From the NCBI RefSeq assembly GCF_009914755.1, contig NC_060932.1: DNA of 64,000 nucleotides; one strand, given 5' to 3'. Every line of letters starts with the position of its first letter. Positions within the stretch are counted from its first letter, which is position 1. Made by a program: the position numbers and the translations under genes. The notes under the pieces are model-generated. The model worked only from the letters and a program-made list of their open reading frames with translations. It did not search any database and had not been told where the DNA came from. Source of the DNA: the human T2T-CHM13v2.0 reference genome, Homo sapiens. Positions 11,654-24,811 of this stretch are shown here, in pieces.

Positions 11654-13959
11654 TGATATGGTTTGGCTGTGTCCCCACCCAAATCTCATCATGAATTGTA
11701 ATCCTCATAATCCCCATGTGTCTAGGGAGAGACCTGGTGGGAGGTGATTGGATCATGGGGGCAGTTTCCCTCCATGCTGTTCTAGTGATAGTGAGTGAGT
11801 TCTCACAATATCTGATGGTTTTATAAGGGGCCCTTCCTTCTTCAATCTCACTCTGCTCTCCCCTCTCACCACGTGAGAAGGTCCAGGCTTGCTTCACCTT
11901 CACCTTCCACCATGATTGTAAATTTCCTGAGGCCTCCCCAGTCACATGGAACTGTGAATCAATACACCTCTTTCCTTTGTAAATTACCCAGTCTTGGGTA
12001 TTTCTTTATAGTAGTGTGAAAATGGACTAACACAGTTAACTGGCACTGAGGTAGTGGGGCGCTGCTATAAAGATAACTTGAAATGTGGAAGCAACTTTGG
12101 AACTGGGTAATGGGCAGAGGTTGGAATAGTTTGGAGGGCTCAGAAGAAGTTAAGAAGATGTGGGAAAGTTTGGAACTTCCTAGAGACTTGTTGAATGGTT
12201 TTGGCCAAAATGCTGTTAGTGATATGGACAATGAAGCCGTGGCTGAAGTGGTCTCAGACGAACATGAGAAACTCACTGGCAACTGGAGCAAAGATCACTC
12301 TTGCTATGCTTTAGCAAAGGGACTGGTGGCATTTTGCCCCTGCCCTAGAGATCTGTGAAACTTTGAACTTGAAAGAGATGATAGGGTATCTGGGGGAATA
12401 AATTTCTAAGCAGCAAAGTGTTCAAGATGTGACATGGGTGCTCTTAAAAGCATTCAGTTTTATGGATTCACAAATAGATGGTTTGAAATTGGAACTTATG
12501 TTTAAAAGGGAAGCAGAGCATAAAAGTTTGGAAAATTTGCAGCCTGATGATGTGATGGAAAAGAAAAACCTGTTTTCTGGGGGAGAAATTCGAGCCTGCA
12601 GCAGAAATCTGCGTTAAGTAATAAGGAGCCGAGACAATGGGGAAAATGTCTCCAGGGCATGTCAGAGATCTTGCCAGCAGCCCCATTTCATCACAGGCAT
12701 GGAGGCCTAGGAGGAAAATTAGTTTCATGGGCCAGGCCCAGGGGCCCTGCTACTCTGTGCAGCCTTGAGACATGGCACCCTGCATCCCAGCCATTTCAGT
12801 TCCAGTCATGGCTAAAAGGGGCCAAGGTACAGCTCGGGCCATGGCTTCAGCTCAAGCCTTGGTGGCTTCCACATGGTGTTGGGCCTGCGAGTGCACAGAA
12901 GTCAAGAATTGAGGCTTGGGAACCTCTACCTAGACTTCAGAGGATGTAATGGAAATGACTGGATGTCCAGTCAGAAGTTTGCTGCAGGAGCAGAGCCCTC
13001 AAAGAGAACTTCTGGTAGGGCAGTGTGGAAGGGAAATGTGGGGTTGGAGACCCCATAAAGAGTCCCCACTGGGGTGCTCCCTAGTGGAGCTGTGAGAAGA
13101 CAGCCACTCTCCTCCAGAACACAGAATGGTAGATCCATTGACAGCTTGCACCATATGCCTGGAAAAGCTGCAGACACTCAATACCAGCCTGTGAAAGCAG
13201 CTGAGAGGAGGGCTGTAACCTGCAAAGCCACAGGGGTAGTGCTACCCAAGACCATGGGAGCCCACCTCTTGCATCAATGTGACCCGGATGTGAGACATGG
13301 AGTCAAAGGAGATCATTTTGGAACTTTAAAATTTAATGGCTACCCTGCTGGGTTTCAGATTTGCATGGGGCCTTTAGCCCCTTTGTTTTGGCCAATTTCT
13401 CCCATTTGGAATAAGAGCATTTATCCAATGCCTGTACCCCCATTGTGTCTTGGAAGTCACTAACTTGCTTTTGATTTTATAGGCTCTTAGGTGGAAGGGA
13501 CTTGCCTTGTCTCAGATTAGACTTTGTACTTGGACTTTTGGGTTAATGCTGGAATGAGTTAACACGTTGGGGAACTATTGAAAAGGCATGATTGTATTTT
13601 GAAACGTAAGGACATGAGATTTGGGAGGAGCCAGGGGCAGAATGATATGGTTTGGCTGTGTCCCCACTCAAATCTCATCTTGAAGTGTAATCTCCATAAT
13701 CTTGGTTTGTAATCCCCATGTGTCTAGAGAGAGACCTGGTGGGAGGTGACTGGATCATGGGGGCAGTTTCCTCCATGCTGTTCTCATGATAATGAGTGAA
13801 TTCTCACAAGATCTGATGGGTTTATGAGGGGCTCTTTCTCCTTCACTCTCTACTCTCTCCTGCCACCATGTAAGAAGGTCCAAGCTTGCTTCACCTTCAC
13901 CATCTGCCATGATTATAAGTTTCCTGAGGCCTCCCCAGGCACGCAGAACTATGAATCAA
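11654..13959 (+). mobile_element. THE1D-like MaLR provirus: 5' LTR 11654-12034, internal 12035-13642, truncated 3' LTR 13643-13959
   Basis: Both LTRs start tgatatggtttggctgtgtcccca. The 5' LTR ends ggactaacaca, the internal region is typical of THE1-int, and a purine-rich tract precedes the 3' LTR. Confidence 0.92.
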
Positions 13960-15040
13960 CTCGATTTTTAAAAACATATTGAGACTTGTTTTAGGCCTAT
14001 CATATGGTTTATCTTGGAGAATGTTTAATTTTGGATAAGAAGAATGTATATTCTGCAATTCTTGGGTAGAATGTTCTGTAAATATTTGTTATGTCCATTT
14101 GTTCTACAGTGAAGTTTAAGTCCTGTCTTCATTGACTTTCTGCCTCGATGATCTGTCTAGTGCTGCCAGTGGAGTGGTGAAGTCCCCCACTATTACTGGG
14201 TTGCACCTATCTCTTTTCTTAGATTTAAGAGTAATTGTTTTATGAATCTCAGAGCTCAAGAGTTAGGTGCATATTTATTTAGGACTATATCTTCTTGTTG
14301 GATTGATCCTTTTATCATTACATAATGTCATTCTTTGTCTTTTTTTTTTACTGATGTTGCTTTAAATTCTGTTTTATCTGAAATAAGAATAGCTACCCCT
14401 GCTCACTTTTACTTTCCATTTGCATAGAATATCTTCTTCTACCCCTTTGAGTCTATACAAATCCTTATGTGTTGGGTAAGTCTCTTGAAGACAGCAGATA
14501 TGTGGTTTGTAATTTTTTATCAATTCTGCCAACCAGTATCTTTTAAGTGGAGCATTTAGACCATTTACATTCAACATTAATACTGAAATGTGAGGTACTG
14601 TTCCAGTCATCACGTTGGTTGTTTTCTAGATACTCTGTTTTCTTCATTGTGTTATTGTATTACAGGCCTTGTGAGTTTTATGCTTTCAAGAGGTTCTATT
14701 CTGGTGCATATCTACCTTTCGTTTCATGATTCAGAACTCCTTTTAGCATTTCTCGTAGGGATGCTCTGGTAGTGACAAATTCTCTCAGCATTTGCTTGTC
14801 TGAAAAAGAATTTATTTCTCCTTCATTTATGGAACAGTTTTGCTGGATACAAAATTCTTAGTTAACGGTTTTCTGTTTAAGGAGGTTAAAGATAGGACCC
14901 CAGTCCCTTCTGGCTTGTAAGGTTTGTGCTGAGAAATCTGCTGTTAGTCTGATAGGTTTTCCTTTACAGGTTACATAACGCTTTTGTCTCACTGCTCTTG
15001 GTGACATCTTTTTTGCAACGAATCTCCTAGAAGTTCTTTT
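13960..15040 (-). mobile_element. Old L1: ORF1 C-terminus and ORF2 endonuclease region
   Basis: ORF 14374-14613, MMTGTVPHISVLMLNVNGLNAPLKR...CCLQET, is the ORF2p endonuclease N-terminus. Confidence 0.92.
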
Positions 15041-15430
15041 TTAATTAAAACACTTTTTTTTTTGTGGGTGCATACCGGGTACCTGAAATGTTTTGATACT
15101 GGCATGCAATTGTGAAATAAGCACCTCATTGAGAATGGGGTATCCATCCCCTCAAGCATTTATCCTTTGAATACGATCCAATAACACTCTTCAAGTTATT
15201 TTAAAATGTACAATTAAGTTATTATTAACTATAGTAACCCTGTTGTGCTATCAAATAGTAGGTCTTATTCATTCTTTTTATTTTTTATTTTTTTTGACAG
15301 AGTCTACTCTGTCACGCAAGCTGGAGTGCAGTGGTGTGATCTCGGCTCACCGCAACTGATGAGAAAGCAAAAAATGTCCATCAAAATATGAATGGATAAA
15401 GAAAATATGGTACATATACACAATGGAGTA
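15041..15430. mobile_element. Composite: L1MA-type 3' end (-), Alu 3' fragment (-), inverted L1 3' fragment (+)
   Basis: gagaatggggtatccatcccctcaagcattt (L1MA 3'UTR), gctggagtgcagtggtgtgatctcggctcaccgcaac (Alu), gaatggataaagaaaatatggtacatatacacaatggagtac (L1 sense). Confidence 0.75.
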
Positions 15431-15789
15431 CATTCGTGTGCCATATCTGTTTCTACTCATGCTGTTTTCCTTCTCTATCCTATTTCCCATTTTATCATCT
15501 TACTCATCCTTCAGTGAGTTAGCTGTGCATGGGCCTATCTTGCCAGCTAGATTGCAATCTTGTTGTGGGAGATAGAGTGTTTTACTCATCTCCGAACCTA
15601 CTATGCTGTATTTATTTTAAAAATATCTGATTTCAGTTTTGTGGTTGTATGAGGTTGAGTTTACAGGAAATCTGACTTCTGCATAAGCTACATATATCGC
15701 TAGGTCTTCAGGTGGGCTGTCAGAGAACTTCAAAGTACTCACTGACATATTTATTGAGATTTTTCTATGGACCAAGCATAGTAGAATGA

Positions 15790-16032
15790 ATTTTCATTCA
15801 CATCTTGAATAGTTTTTCAAACTTCTTTATGTTGTTTTTCACCTTTCTCTCGTATCTCCTTTGGTAGCTTAATAATCAACCTTTTGAATTCTTTATAAAA
15901 AGATATTTCAAAGATTTCATCTTGGTTTAGATCAATTGCTGGAGAGCTAATGTGATCTTTTCAGGGGTGTTATAGAACCCTGTTATGTCATATTGCCAGA
16001 ATTGTTTTTCTGGTTCCTTCTCATTTAGGTAG
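15790..16032 (-). mobile_element. Old L1 ORF1 N-terminal region abutting U6
   Basis: cacctttctct...agcttaataatcaacc...ccagaattgtttttctggttccttctcatttaggtag matches L1PB/L1MA ORF1 antisense as I recall it. Confidence 0.75.
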
Positions 16033-16139
16033 AAATATATGGAATGCTTCACGAATTTGCATGTGAGCCTTGCACAGGGGCCATGCTAATCTTCACTGTA
16101 TCATTCCAATTTTAGTATATGTGCTGCTGAAGTGAGCAC
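16033..16139 (-). pseudogene. Full-length U6 snRNA retrocopy (U6/L1 chimera)
   Basis: Reverse complement reads GTGCTCACTTCAGCAGCACATATACTAAAATTGGAATGATACAGTGAAGATTAGCATGGCCCCTGTGCAAGGCTCACATGCAAATTCGTGAAGCATTCCATATATTT. By hand this has about 10 differences from U6, 6 at CpGs, and the ACAGAGA box is mutated to ACAGTGA. Confidence 0.97.
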
Positions 16140-17629
16140 CGTCTCAATTGTTTTGAACAGAAAATCTTTATAAAGTGTTCCACAGAATATACTGCCTTCT
16201 AAGCAGAGGACATAGAACCTAAAACAGTTTCCTTGATATGAGTTATCATTATTTTTATTATGGATGGATGAATATTGTTTTTAGTTAAATTAAAAAGTCA
16301 AAACTACTTTTTAATATGAGTCAACACTTTGTTTGTAAATTGATATGGTTTGGTACATGAGTGACAGCTTAAATAAGAAATTCATTTTGTTAGTGATAGC
16401 CCTTGATAATTACATTTCATTCAGGAGATGAAGGATCAATATACAAAACTATGACATTTCTCAGTATTTCTAAAAAAAAAACCAAGTAAAAGATACGCAA
16501 ATTAATAACTCAGTTACTAGCTCTTGTATAAAACAGGAGCATAAAAAACTCAGTGATATGAGAAGTTAGGGTGGAAAATAAGATTAAATCAATTCACTGA
16601 TAATTCTGACATTTCAAACCTTTAATAATTAGAATTATTTCTGAACTCTATAAGAAGTATTGAAAGTCTGCTTATTACTGATCAGAAAGAGTTGTCAGTA
16701 AAATTAGAACTTCCTTTAAGTTTACATATCTAGTCTACTATAAAAACCTAAAATATCACAGTCAAGTGATAAAACTTACTTCATAAAATAATTCATCTTA
16801 AAATCTCTGGGGAAAAACACTAAGATTTCTATATAATTTTGTTTTGTCAAAAATAGTCGTAATTACATGAGCGATTTTTAAGAAGTCAAATCTCAAATAG
16901 CAGAAACGGGAATATGAAGGTTTTGAATACATCAATGTAATAACATTTCAAGACCTAATGATTCTATGAGTTGCTGGAACAATCAGTCTGTCAAAATAAA
17001 TGAGACACTACTACAATGAAGCAAATGGTCTTACATGTTAATGTTAACACATTTAGTCAAACAGTCAATCAAGAGAATCCTAAGGTTTGCTGTGTTTACT
17101 GGGAAAACAAACTCTTCCTAGCAACTGTTTAAATAAATCTTGCAGATGCTACAGACCTTATTAGTGGCCTTTGATTAAAAAAATATGGGTTGCTAATACT
17201 GTATCCTGACTCATCTATTTTCCCATCTGCTAGCAATTCTAACAATATGAACTATCAACAGAATGGCTAACAACAAGAATTTTCTATGGCAGTTTTGATG
17301 CTGAATTGCCTATAGCATTTTTAAGATTTACCAGTGCATGTCTCAGACTGTTTTGAGTTTCTTGTGGCCTGGAGCAACATACTCTTTTTTCCCTTAATAT
17401 TCCATTTTAGCTGAAATTTTTACTGTGTTGAACAGAATCTTGTTTGGTTTTAGAAAACACTGTTGATGGAGGCTGCCACACATTTAACTAACAATGAGAA
17501 CAGAAAACACAACAAAGCACTAGTAAAAATCCAGTCAGGTCCACTGATTGGTTTAGATATACATAAACAGGCAAGGGGCCTTTTGCCCATAAGGCTGAGC
17601 CACAGGGATAACAGGTAGTACTTAAAGTT

Positions 17630-17686
17630 AAAAAAAAAAAAAAAAAAAAAAAAAGAAAGAAAGAAAGAAAAAAAAAGAAAAGAAAA
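17630..17686. repeat. A-rich / (GAAA)n low-complexity tract
   Basis: Long A run followed by gaaa units. Confidence 0.9.
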
Positions 17687-18179
17687 CATTCATATATTAA
17701 GGCATTTTCCTGATTTAATTCCTGGCACTGAGAAGCATACAAAAAAGGAGCATTCTAGTCAATCCAAACTACTATGAAGCCTGTTTAAAGAAAACCCTAC
17801 ATATACATTTAAAATATGCATTTACAAAAATAAGATAGTGATAATTTCAGGCACTTGATAACACTATAGAAGAAAAGCTGAATTCCTCACTGTAAAAATG
17901 TGATCTTAAAAGCTGCATTAACATCAAATCTACTGGCAGACCCCCCTTCCCCAAACAGACATTATTTATCCTGTTCTGAGCTGAGAGGCCCAGGTCTTCA
18001 GCTGACTGAATAACTAAAAATATTCTGGGATTACAATTGGAAACTACCATGAATCATTCTGTTTTGGCTGTTTAACTTCAGAGCACCTAGAAGAAACTTA
18101 GGATTCTAGATTTTCATTCCCAAAGAAAAGGAAGAATACGGTTTCTCATGAATATCAATGAAGGAGTAGGAGAAAGTGC

Positions 18180-18342
18180 CAATTACTGATTATTTACAAT
18201 GTGCTGAATACTATCCTAAGGTCCTGTACACTAAGTCATTGAAGCCTAGCAATCACCTTAGGGGGCAGATATTACCAACCCCGTTTGACAGGTGAGGATG
18301 CTTAGAGAGATCAAATGATCCACCCTAGGTCTCTCAGCTAGA
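18180..18342 (-). mobile_element. MIR SINE remnant
   Basis: tactgattatttacaatgtgc...attaccaaccccgtttgacaggtgaggatgcttagagaga. Confidence 0.6.
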
Positions 18343-20334
18343 GGTGCTTATGTAGGCCCTCAAAGGCAACATCTAACCCACATAAATTTGAACTGCAGTC
18401 TACTGATAGCTGTTTCATGGGTTTCCCATGAACTACAAAAGCACTACAAAATCCAATGATCATGTGAAACAGTTTTTTCACAAATTGTTTATAGGTTAAA
18501 AATAGAAAAAATTACTTAAAAATCCCACCTTTCCTGTCAGATTGTACCTGGTGAAGCATTTTACTTATAAGCTATTCATGTATTTTAGCCATCACTGGCC
18601 ATATGAAATAAGTGCATATGTGTTAATTAAGCATTTTTCTATTTAACCAGCTCTTTAGCCAAAGAAACACATTTCTACATAGCCCTTTGGGATAGATTTC
18701 CTAATGTTATCAATAAATGTAACAGAGATACCCTGACAAAACCAATAAAACATGTCTCCTTCACATTCCAGTGAGACTTTGCCTATGTCTGTTCAGACTG
18801 TTCCACAGTTGGTTTGGTGCTGTGTTTACCTTGAATCTAGTGCAGGAGTTACAAACTGATGAGCATTACTATAATTATCTTGTCTTAGAGAAATCTCGGC
18901 CACCCATTTAAAAAAGGAATGATGAAATTTTCGTTGCATTCCTCAATGGCAGCTGAGCACCCATTTCTTATGTGCATTTTCCGTTTCTGGTAAGTAGCTT
19001 TGCTTATTAAAAATATCAGGAAATACTTAATTTGGGCACACTTCTGATATATTGTAAGCAGCTCTAACATTCTAGGCCCAGGACAACAAAATTTAAGTAA
19101 CTCAAAAGCAACCAGTAATTAAATCTTTCTGGATCTATTAAGGGCAGATGAAAAATTGTATTACCTTTGATTTCTTATCTCAGCGATTCTGATTAGCACT
19201 TTGAATAGTTTAAAACACCAATGAAGCCGTAAATAAGAGGTTAACAAATTAAGTGATTAATTTTCTTTTTATACTTCAATTTAAGAAAAACATTATATGA
19301 GAAATATTTGTTATGGAAGATCACAAACATTACAAAAACAACAGTGGTTAAAGTATATCTGTAACTAGCTTACTGGGTAGTCAAACCTCTGTGGAGCAAT
19401 AATATAAACTTAAAGTAATTTAATTTTTCTCCAATTACACTCTTTCGGCTATGCAAAGTCAAATTTCCTTGACATATCCCACAGTAAATCTTGGGATGAT
19501 TTCACTGATTTCTGGTCACTTTTACTTATTAAAAGTCCAGACCAAATATAAACTTCAATCTCTTATTAAGTGCAAATTTTGTCCCTTCCCTTAGCATGAG
19601 CTTGCACCAATTTACAGTGGGGAAGGATGATGTCTATATCTAGAACCTTCTCGCCGTCTCTTTCTAAGGTCTGGTTCCTCTAGTGCTGGGAGCAGGAAGG
19701 AGACCGGATGTTATTATGTAAATGGTGACTTGTCAGTGAGGTATGTTTCCCTGGTCTTGCTCTGGTTTGTTTGATTACTAGTGGTTTGTGCACAGAAAGC
19801 GTGTGTATGTATTTCCTGATGTTGTGGTTAGTATTATCCTAGTGCCCACCCCTTTTATAGAGGGGCTGCCCAACATCTTTTCTGAGTTAGATATTGTCTC
19901 CTCTGACCTGAAAGCCACCTGGGCAGCATTATGACTTCTGACCTCCTCTTTTGGAGTAAAGAGATCATGGAAGTTCTCTACACTCTCCAGGGACTAGTGG
20001 GACCCAAGGAAGGTAAGGGTCACTACTCCAATGGCCCTTAGTTATCCCGCAGGCCTCGGCTCTACCTACAGAAGTCTCCTACCTACAAAAATCTTTGGGA
20101 GAGAAGCAGATATCAGTGTCTATGCTAATATACCTTCCAAACTTCCAGGAACTAAAGGCTCTGCCTTTAGTGGCACACCAGTGGGTCTACAGATTCAGCT
20201 AGCTCAGTAAGCACCTTGCTGGGGTACCAGGTAACCGTATCCCTTTCCTGCAGGCACCACCATTCTCTGTGAATGGATCTCTGGAAGGCTCCTTATTTGA
20301 CTTTAGGTAAGGAGAGAACTATTTTCTTCCCCTC

Positions 20335-20455
20335 CCACCAGGTTATAAATTCCATTTGGATAGGGCCTTTGTCTAGTAAACAGCTACATCTCTAGTGCCT
20401 AGAACACTGCTTGAAACATAGTAGGTGCTTAATCAATATTTATTGAATGAATGAA
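20335..20455 (+). mobile_element. L2 3' end
   Basis: ctagtgcctagaacac...catagtaggtgcttaatcaatatttattgaatgaatgaa. Confidence 0.8.
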
Positions 20456-20637
20456 AAATGGTGGGTCTCTTAGTAATCGCTGGAGGGAGGCGGCTGGCTT
20501 CAGTTGTTGGTGGCATGCTTTAGAATATCGGGTACTTAACACCTGCTGTTTTCGGCTGTGGACTCTACTAACAATTTTGTGGTAACAGAAAGTCCCTTTT
20601 GATGTCATAGTACACATCTATTAACTCTATTTAAAAA

Positions 20638-20638
<1 letters not shown>

Positions 20639-20672
<34 letters not shown>
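20639..20672. repeat. (TG)n microsatellite, about 17 units
   Basis: Perfect TG run. Confidence 0.97.
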
Positions 20673-20673
<1 letters not shown>

Positions 20674-21907
20674 CATCAAGTTGGTAAATTTGCAGTTGAA
20701 GTAAAGCAAAAAGAGTATCTGTGAAGATGAGGGTATTTTTTCAGCATGTTTAATTAATATTACTACAGGATAGTTTCATGCTCCACTACATGTTTATTCT
20801 GCATGTCTGATGATACATTTATTTCAATAATAAGGGGCTCATCCTTTTCTTAGAATAATGGCTTCTCTCAAAAAATTCTCCAAAACAATAATAAATACCA
20901 TAGTTGACTCTTTGAGGAAACATGCATGGAGTGAAGTGTGCTGGAAGAGCATCATTCTTACTAATGTCACAATTTTCTGCTTCACTGACATCACAATACT
21001 TAGTCTAACAATTTAAATTATACTATCTTCATATCATAAAAATGTAAATATTTGTTTCTTGAAAATCTATAAAGTAGTTTTAAAATGAAAGAGGTTAGCT
21101 AAAACCCACAAATCATGCAATTTAGATTGTAATAGATAATTTTTAATAGTGAAGCAACATCTAGAAATAAACAAGAGTCTCATATTTTAGTTTCGAAGCA
21201 TCTAAATCCACAGTTCATTTAAAACAGTTCAGAATAAGAATCGTGGTCTGTTAACTATTTTTAAAACAATAAAACTCAAAATATGCCAAAATGTTTCTAA
21301 AACACTTCAAAAGAAAAAATAAATTCGATCATAGTTCTGCATTCTCACTTGCCACATGGGCCTTAGAAGATAAAATGTACCAAAAAGGAAACATTTTAGC
21401 ATTCTCAATTTTAGAATGGCATGGTTTGTGGCTGAAACAATATTTAATTTTCCCAGCTACTGACAGACAAATGTACAAATTAAACTAAAACACCCATGAA
21501 GAGATTCAGATATTTGTAAGGACACAAGAAAAAAGGATAGGAGGCTCTTATGAAAATGTTTAAAAAGCAAAATTGATTTTGTCTACCTTAATAATAAATA
21601 AGCTGTCTTGTGCAAACTTAAAAGCAAAATCGTCGCCTGAATGAAACTGAGATTCTATTGTTTTTTCATTAATATTTGTTTTAAAATATGCTCACAAATG
21701 CTATGAATTTAAGGTAAAAGAAGGTAGAGAATGAGAATAAATGAACATAAGTCCTGCTAGTTATTAACTTAGATGTGTCTCATGGGGGAAGAATCAACTT
21801 TCAAATGTAAATGTTTCAAATCTTCAACTTTCTGAATTGGGGAAAGGACAACAGTGTTTGTGGGTTATGTCAGCATTTTAGACTGCGCAACTAATATGCA
21901 GAAATCA

Positions 21908-22281
<374 letters not shown>

Positions 22282-24373
22282 TTACAAACTAAAATTTTCA
22301 CACTTAGATGATTATAATACACGAATGGTCCAAAAAGGCTTTTCTTTGCGGGGGGGGGGGCGGTCTGAGAATGGCGCCAAATTAGATTTTTAGAAACTGT
22401 TTTTCGGTATCAACTAATTTAATAGAGAACATGGCATCAAAATTTTATCTCTAATAATACCTTGCAAAATGAGTGTGTTCCCAAATGTTCCTGCAAGTCT
22501 TCAGCGCTGGGGCTGGACCAAGCTGCACCTCTTGCAAAGGCAGCAAGGCTTTGGTTTTATCCTCCCTTGAGCCAGACACCTGCCTTCTGAGTGGCCTCAC
22601 TACTAATGTGGACATGGAAGCAGAGGCAGAGAACTGAGGTTGGGGGACAGCACAAAGAATGGCTGATCTTACTTTACATCTACTGGGAAGCCGGGAGACT
22701 GTGGTCATGAGTGGAAATTTGGGGATCAGAATTTCAGCTCTGGTTTGAATAATATACATTAATATGGAGTAGTTTTGCTAGTAAATCTTCACATTTTTAT
22801 TTTACAAGATGAAATTTCAGTTCAGTCTTAAAAAGTCCATTTTAATAAGGATAAAAGGAAAAATGCATCTTTAATTATTGACCATATGAAAGACATATTG
22901 TTGGTTTACCTCCTGTGGAAAAAGTAATAACACAGCTATGTGGCTGCTGAATTCAATGTGCTCTTGAGGAACTTTCCAAAAAATATTAGTAACTGACTGA
23001 CATACACTGTTATTCAAGGAAGAGCTTATCCACTGGATAATTATTCTGAAACTGGTTTATATTCACATACAATATATGTAACTCTCAATCTGAAATAAAT
23101 GACCCAGCAGACCTAGTGCTGAGCTGCTAGTACCTGGTACTAACAGATCCTAGAATTCTCCAAAGCATTCTTAGACAAGAACACCGTGAGTGAACTTTCC
23201 ATTATTAGAGTCAGAGTAGCGGTGCAATACCAGAAATGATCAACTAATTTTGAAAAATACCACATGCAAAGAAATTACCTTCAAACTGCCAAAAACACTG
23301 CAAGCTGGTCCACACAACACTGCCCATTTCTGGATACCCATGATTTACCTAAGTTCTTCTAGCCTATTTTCAGTTAGGAATGCCCATTTGAATGAACCTC
23401 CTCCTGCTACAGTTCTCTTAACCACAGTGCATGATCTTGTGACTCTGTCAGGTCCACCCTAGCCCTGCCACCGCCAACCCACAGATCTCTTCTAATTACC
23501 CCAGTTGTGAGAGACAGTCATAGTCTTAATCATTTTCTTTTCACAGGGGTGTTCACTGCCTCATCTCACCCGTACTCAGTACAAGGCCTTTTAAGTAGGC
23601 CACCCTCACTCTCACAGTTGTTTCTATAGTCAGAATAGTCAGCTGTGCTGGACCAAGCTGTCAAAAGAAGGGAGAGATAACTCTTAAATACTGAGGAAAT
23701 TGCAGATTCTGCTAGCTATTTTTTAATTTTTCAATGACCAGAAACTGTCTTTCATTGGTCTTTAGTGAGTGTCATCCTTAATTATATCAACTAATTTTAA
23801 AGATGACATTTTTCCTAGACAATTTTGCTAGGGTGACAGCATAAGCTTCCCCAACCCTTGGTAAATCTCTGCTCTAAGTATAAAAAACAAGACACTGTTT
23901 ACTGACTCTTAAGAGGTGTGGGTTTTTAATCTTGCAGGGTGACCAAGTGTTGAATATTTGGTAACAATTTCGTAAAATCTTTTATATCCCACTTAGAAAT
24001 TAACTGATAGAACACCTGAGGGAGAGTGGTAAAAGTGGAAGCAGTACAACAGAATAAAATTAAATGATCCTAAATCAACTGCAATGTACCAAAGCCTTCT
24101 GAATAGGCAGGTGGCTTCTGAAAAGGGTAAGGGTGAATGAAGTTACAGCTTGACTGGCTCAGAGAGTTTATAGGTTTGTAGAGGATGAGTGGCTTACAGC
24201 TCGATCACTGGCTCCTGAAAAGTTAGGAAGCTGGGCCACTATCAGATCAATGGTATCGGAAACTGAGAAACATGAAGTCACTGAGCTCTACAGATATGAA
24301 TAGTGGCATCCACTGAACCCGCTCATAAGGGCAAGATTTCAACCTCTAAGAGAGGGCTAAGTCGCTGGCTATA

Positions 24374-24407
24374 CAGTACCCTCTGGTGGCCAGATTTGAC
24401 ACTGCAG
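24374..24407 (-). promoter_or_regulatory. Candidate CTCF site (core plus upstream motif)
   Basis: Minus strand CTGCAGTGTC-aaatc-TGGCCACCAGAGGGTACTG, compared with consensus core TGGCCACCAGGGGGCGCTA and upstream TGCAG module. Confidence 0.7.
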
Positions 24408-24471
24408 ATTTTTCTGCCTTTTAAGAAAAGAGGCCTGGTTTTTTTCCTTTTCTTTTTTTTTTTTTTTTAAT

Positions 24472-24811
24472 GCATAGACTTACCATTGGGTTACGTCTTG
24501 ATAAAGCCATCATAAACTAAAAATATCTGCATTTAGTACAGCTAACCTACCAAACATCATGGCTTAACCTAGCCTACCTTAAACATGCTCAGAACAATTA
24601 ACATTAGCCTTCAGTTGGGCAAAATCATCTAACGCAAAGCCTATTTTATAATAAAGTGTTGAATATTTCATGTAATTTATTGAATACTGTACTGAACGTG
24701 AAAAAGAGTGGCTATACGACTACTCCAAGTACCGTTTCTACTGAATGTGTATCACTTTCATATCACCAAAAAACTTTAAGTGGAACCATCATATACCTGG
24801 GACTGTCTGTA
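24472..24811 (+). mobile_element. Tigger4/Zombi-family DNA transposon
   Basis: cctagcctaccttaaacatgctcagaac...gttgggcaaaatcatctaac...ctattttataataaagtgttgaatat; ends gggactgtctgTA. Confidence 0.8.

Noticed and set aside
11959-13463. ORFs inside the THE1D internal region
   Set aside because: Fragmented MaLR internal sequence with no continuous reading frame.
16033-16139. U6 copy as a functional snRNA gene
   Set aside because: The ACAGAGA box is mutated, CpGs are decayed, it is fused to L1, and I recognise no upstream PSE/TATA arrangement.
19400-20330. Moderately GC-richer stretch that might be an exon or old repeat
   Set aside because: No recognisable peptide, splice pair or repeat family that I can support by eye.
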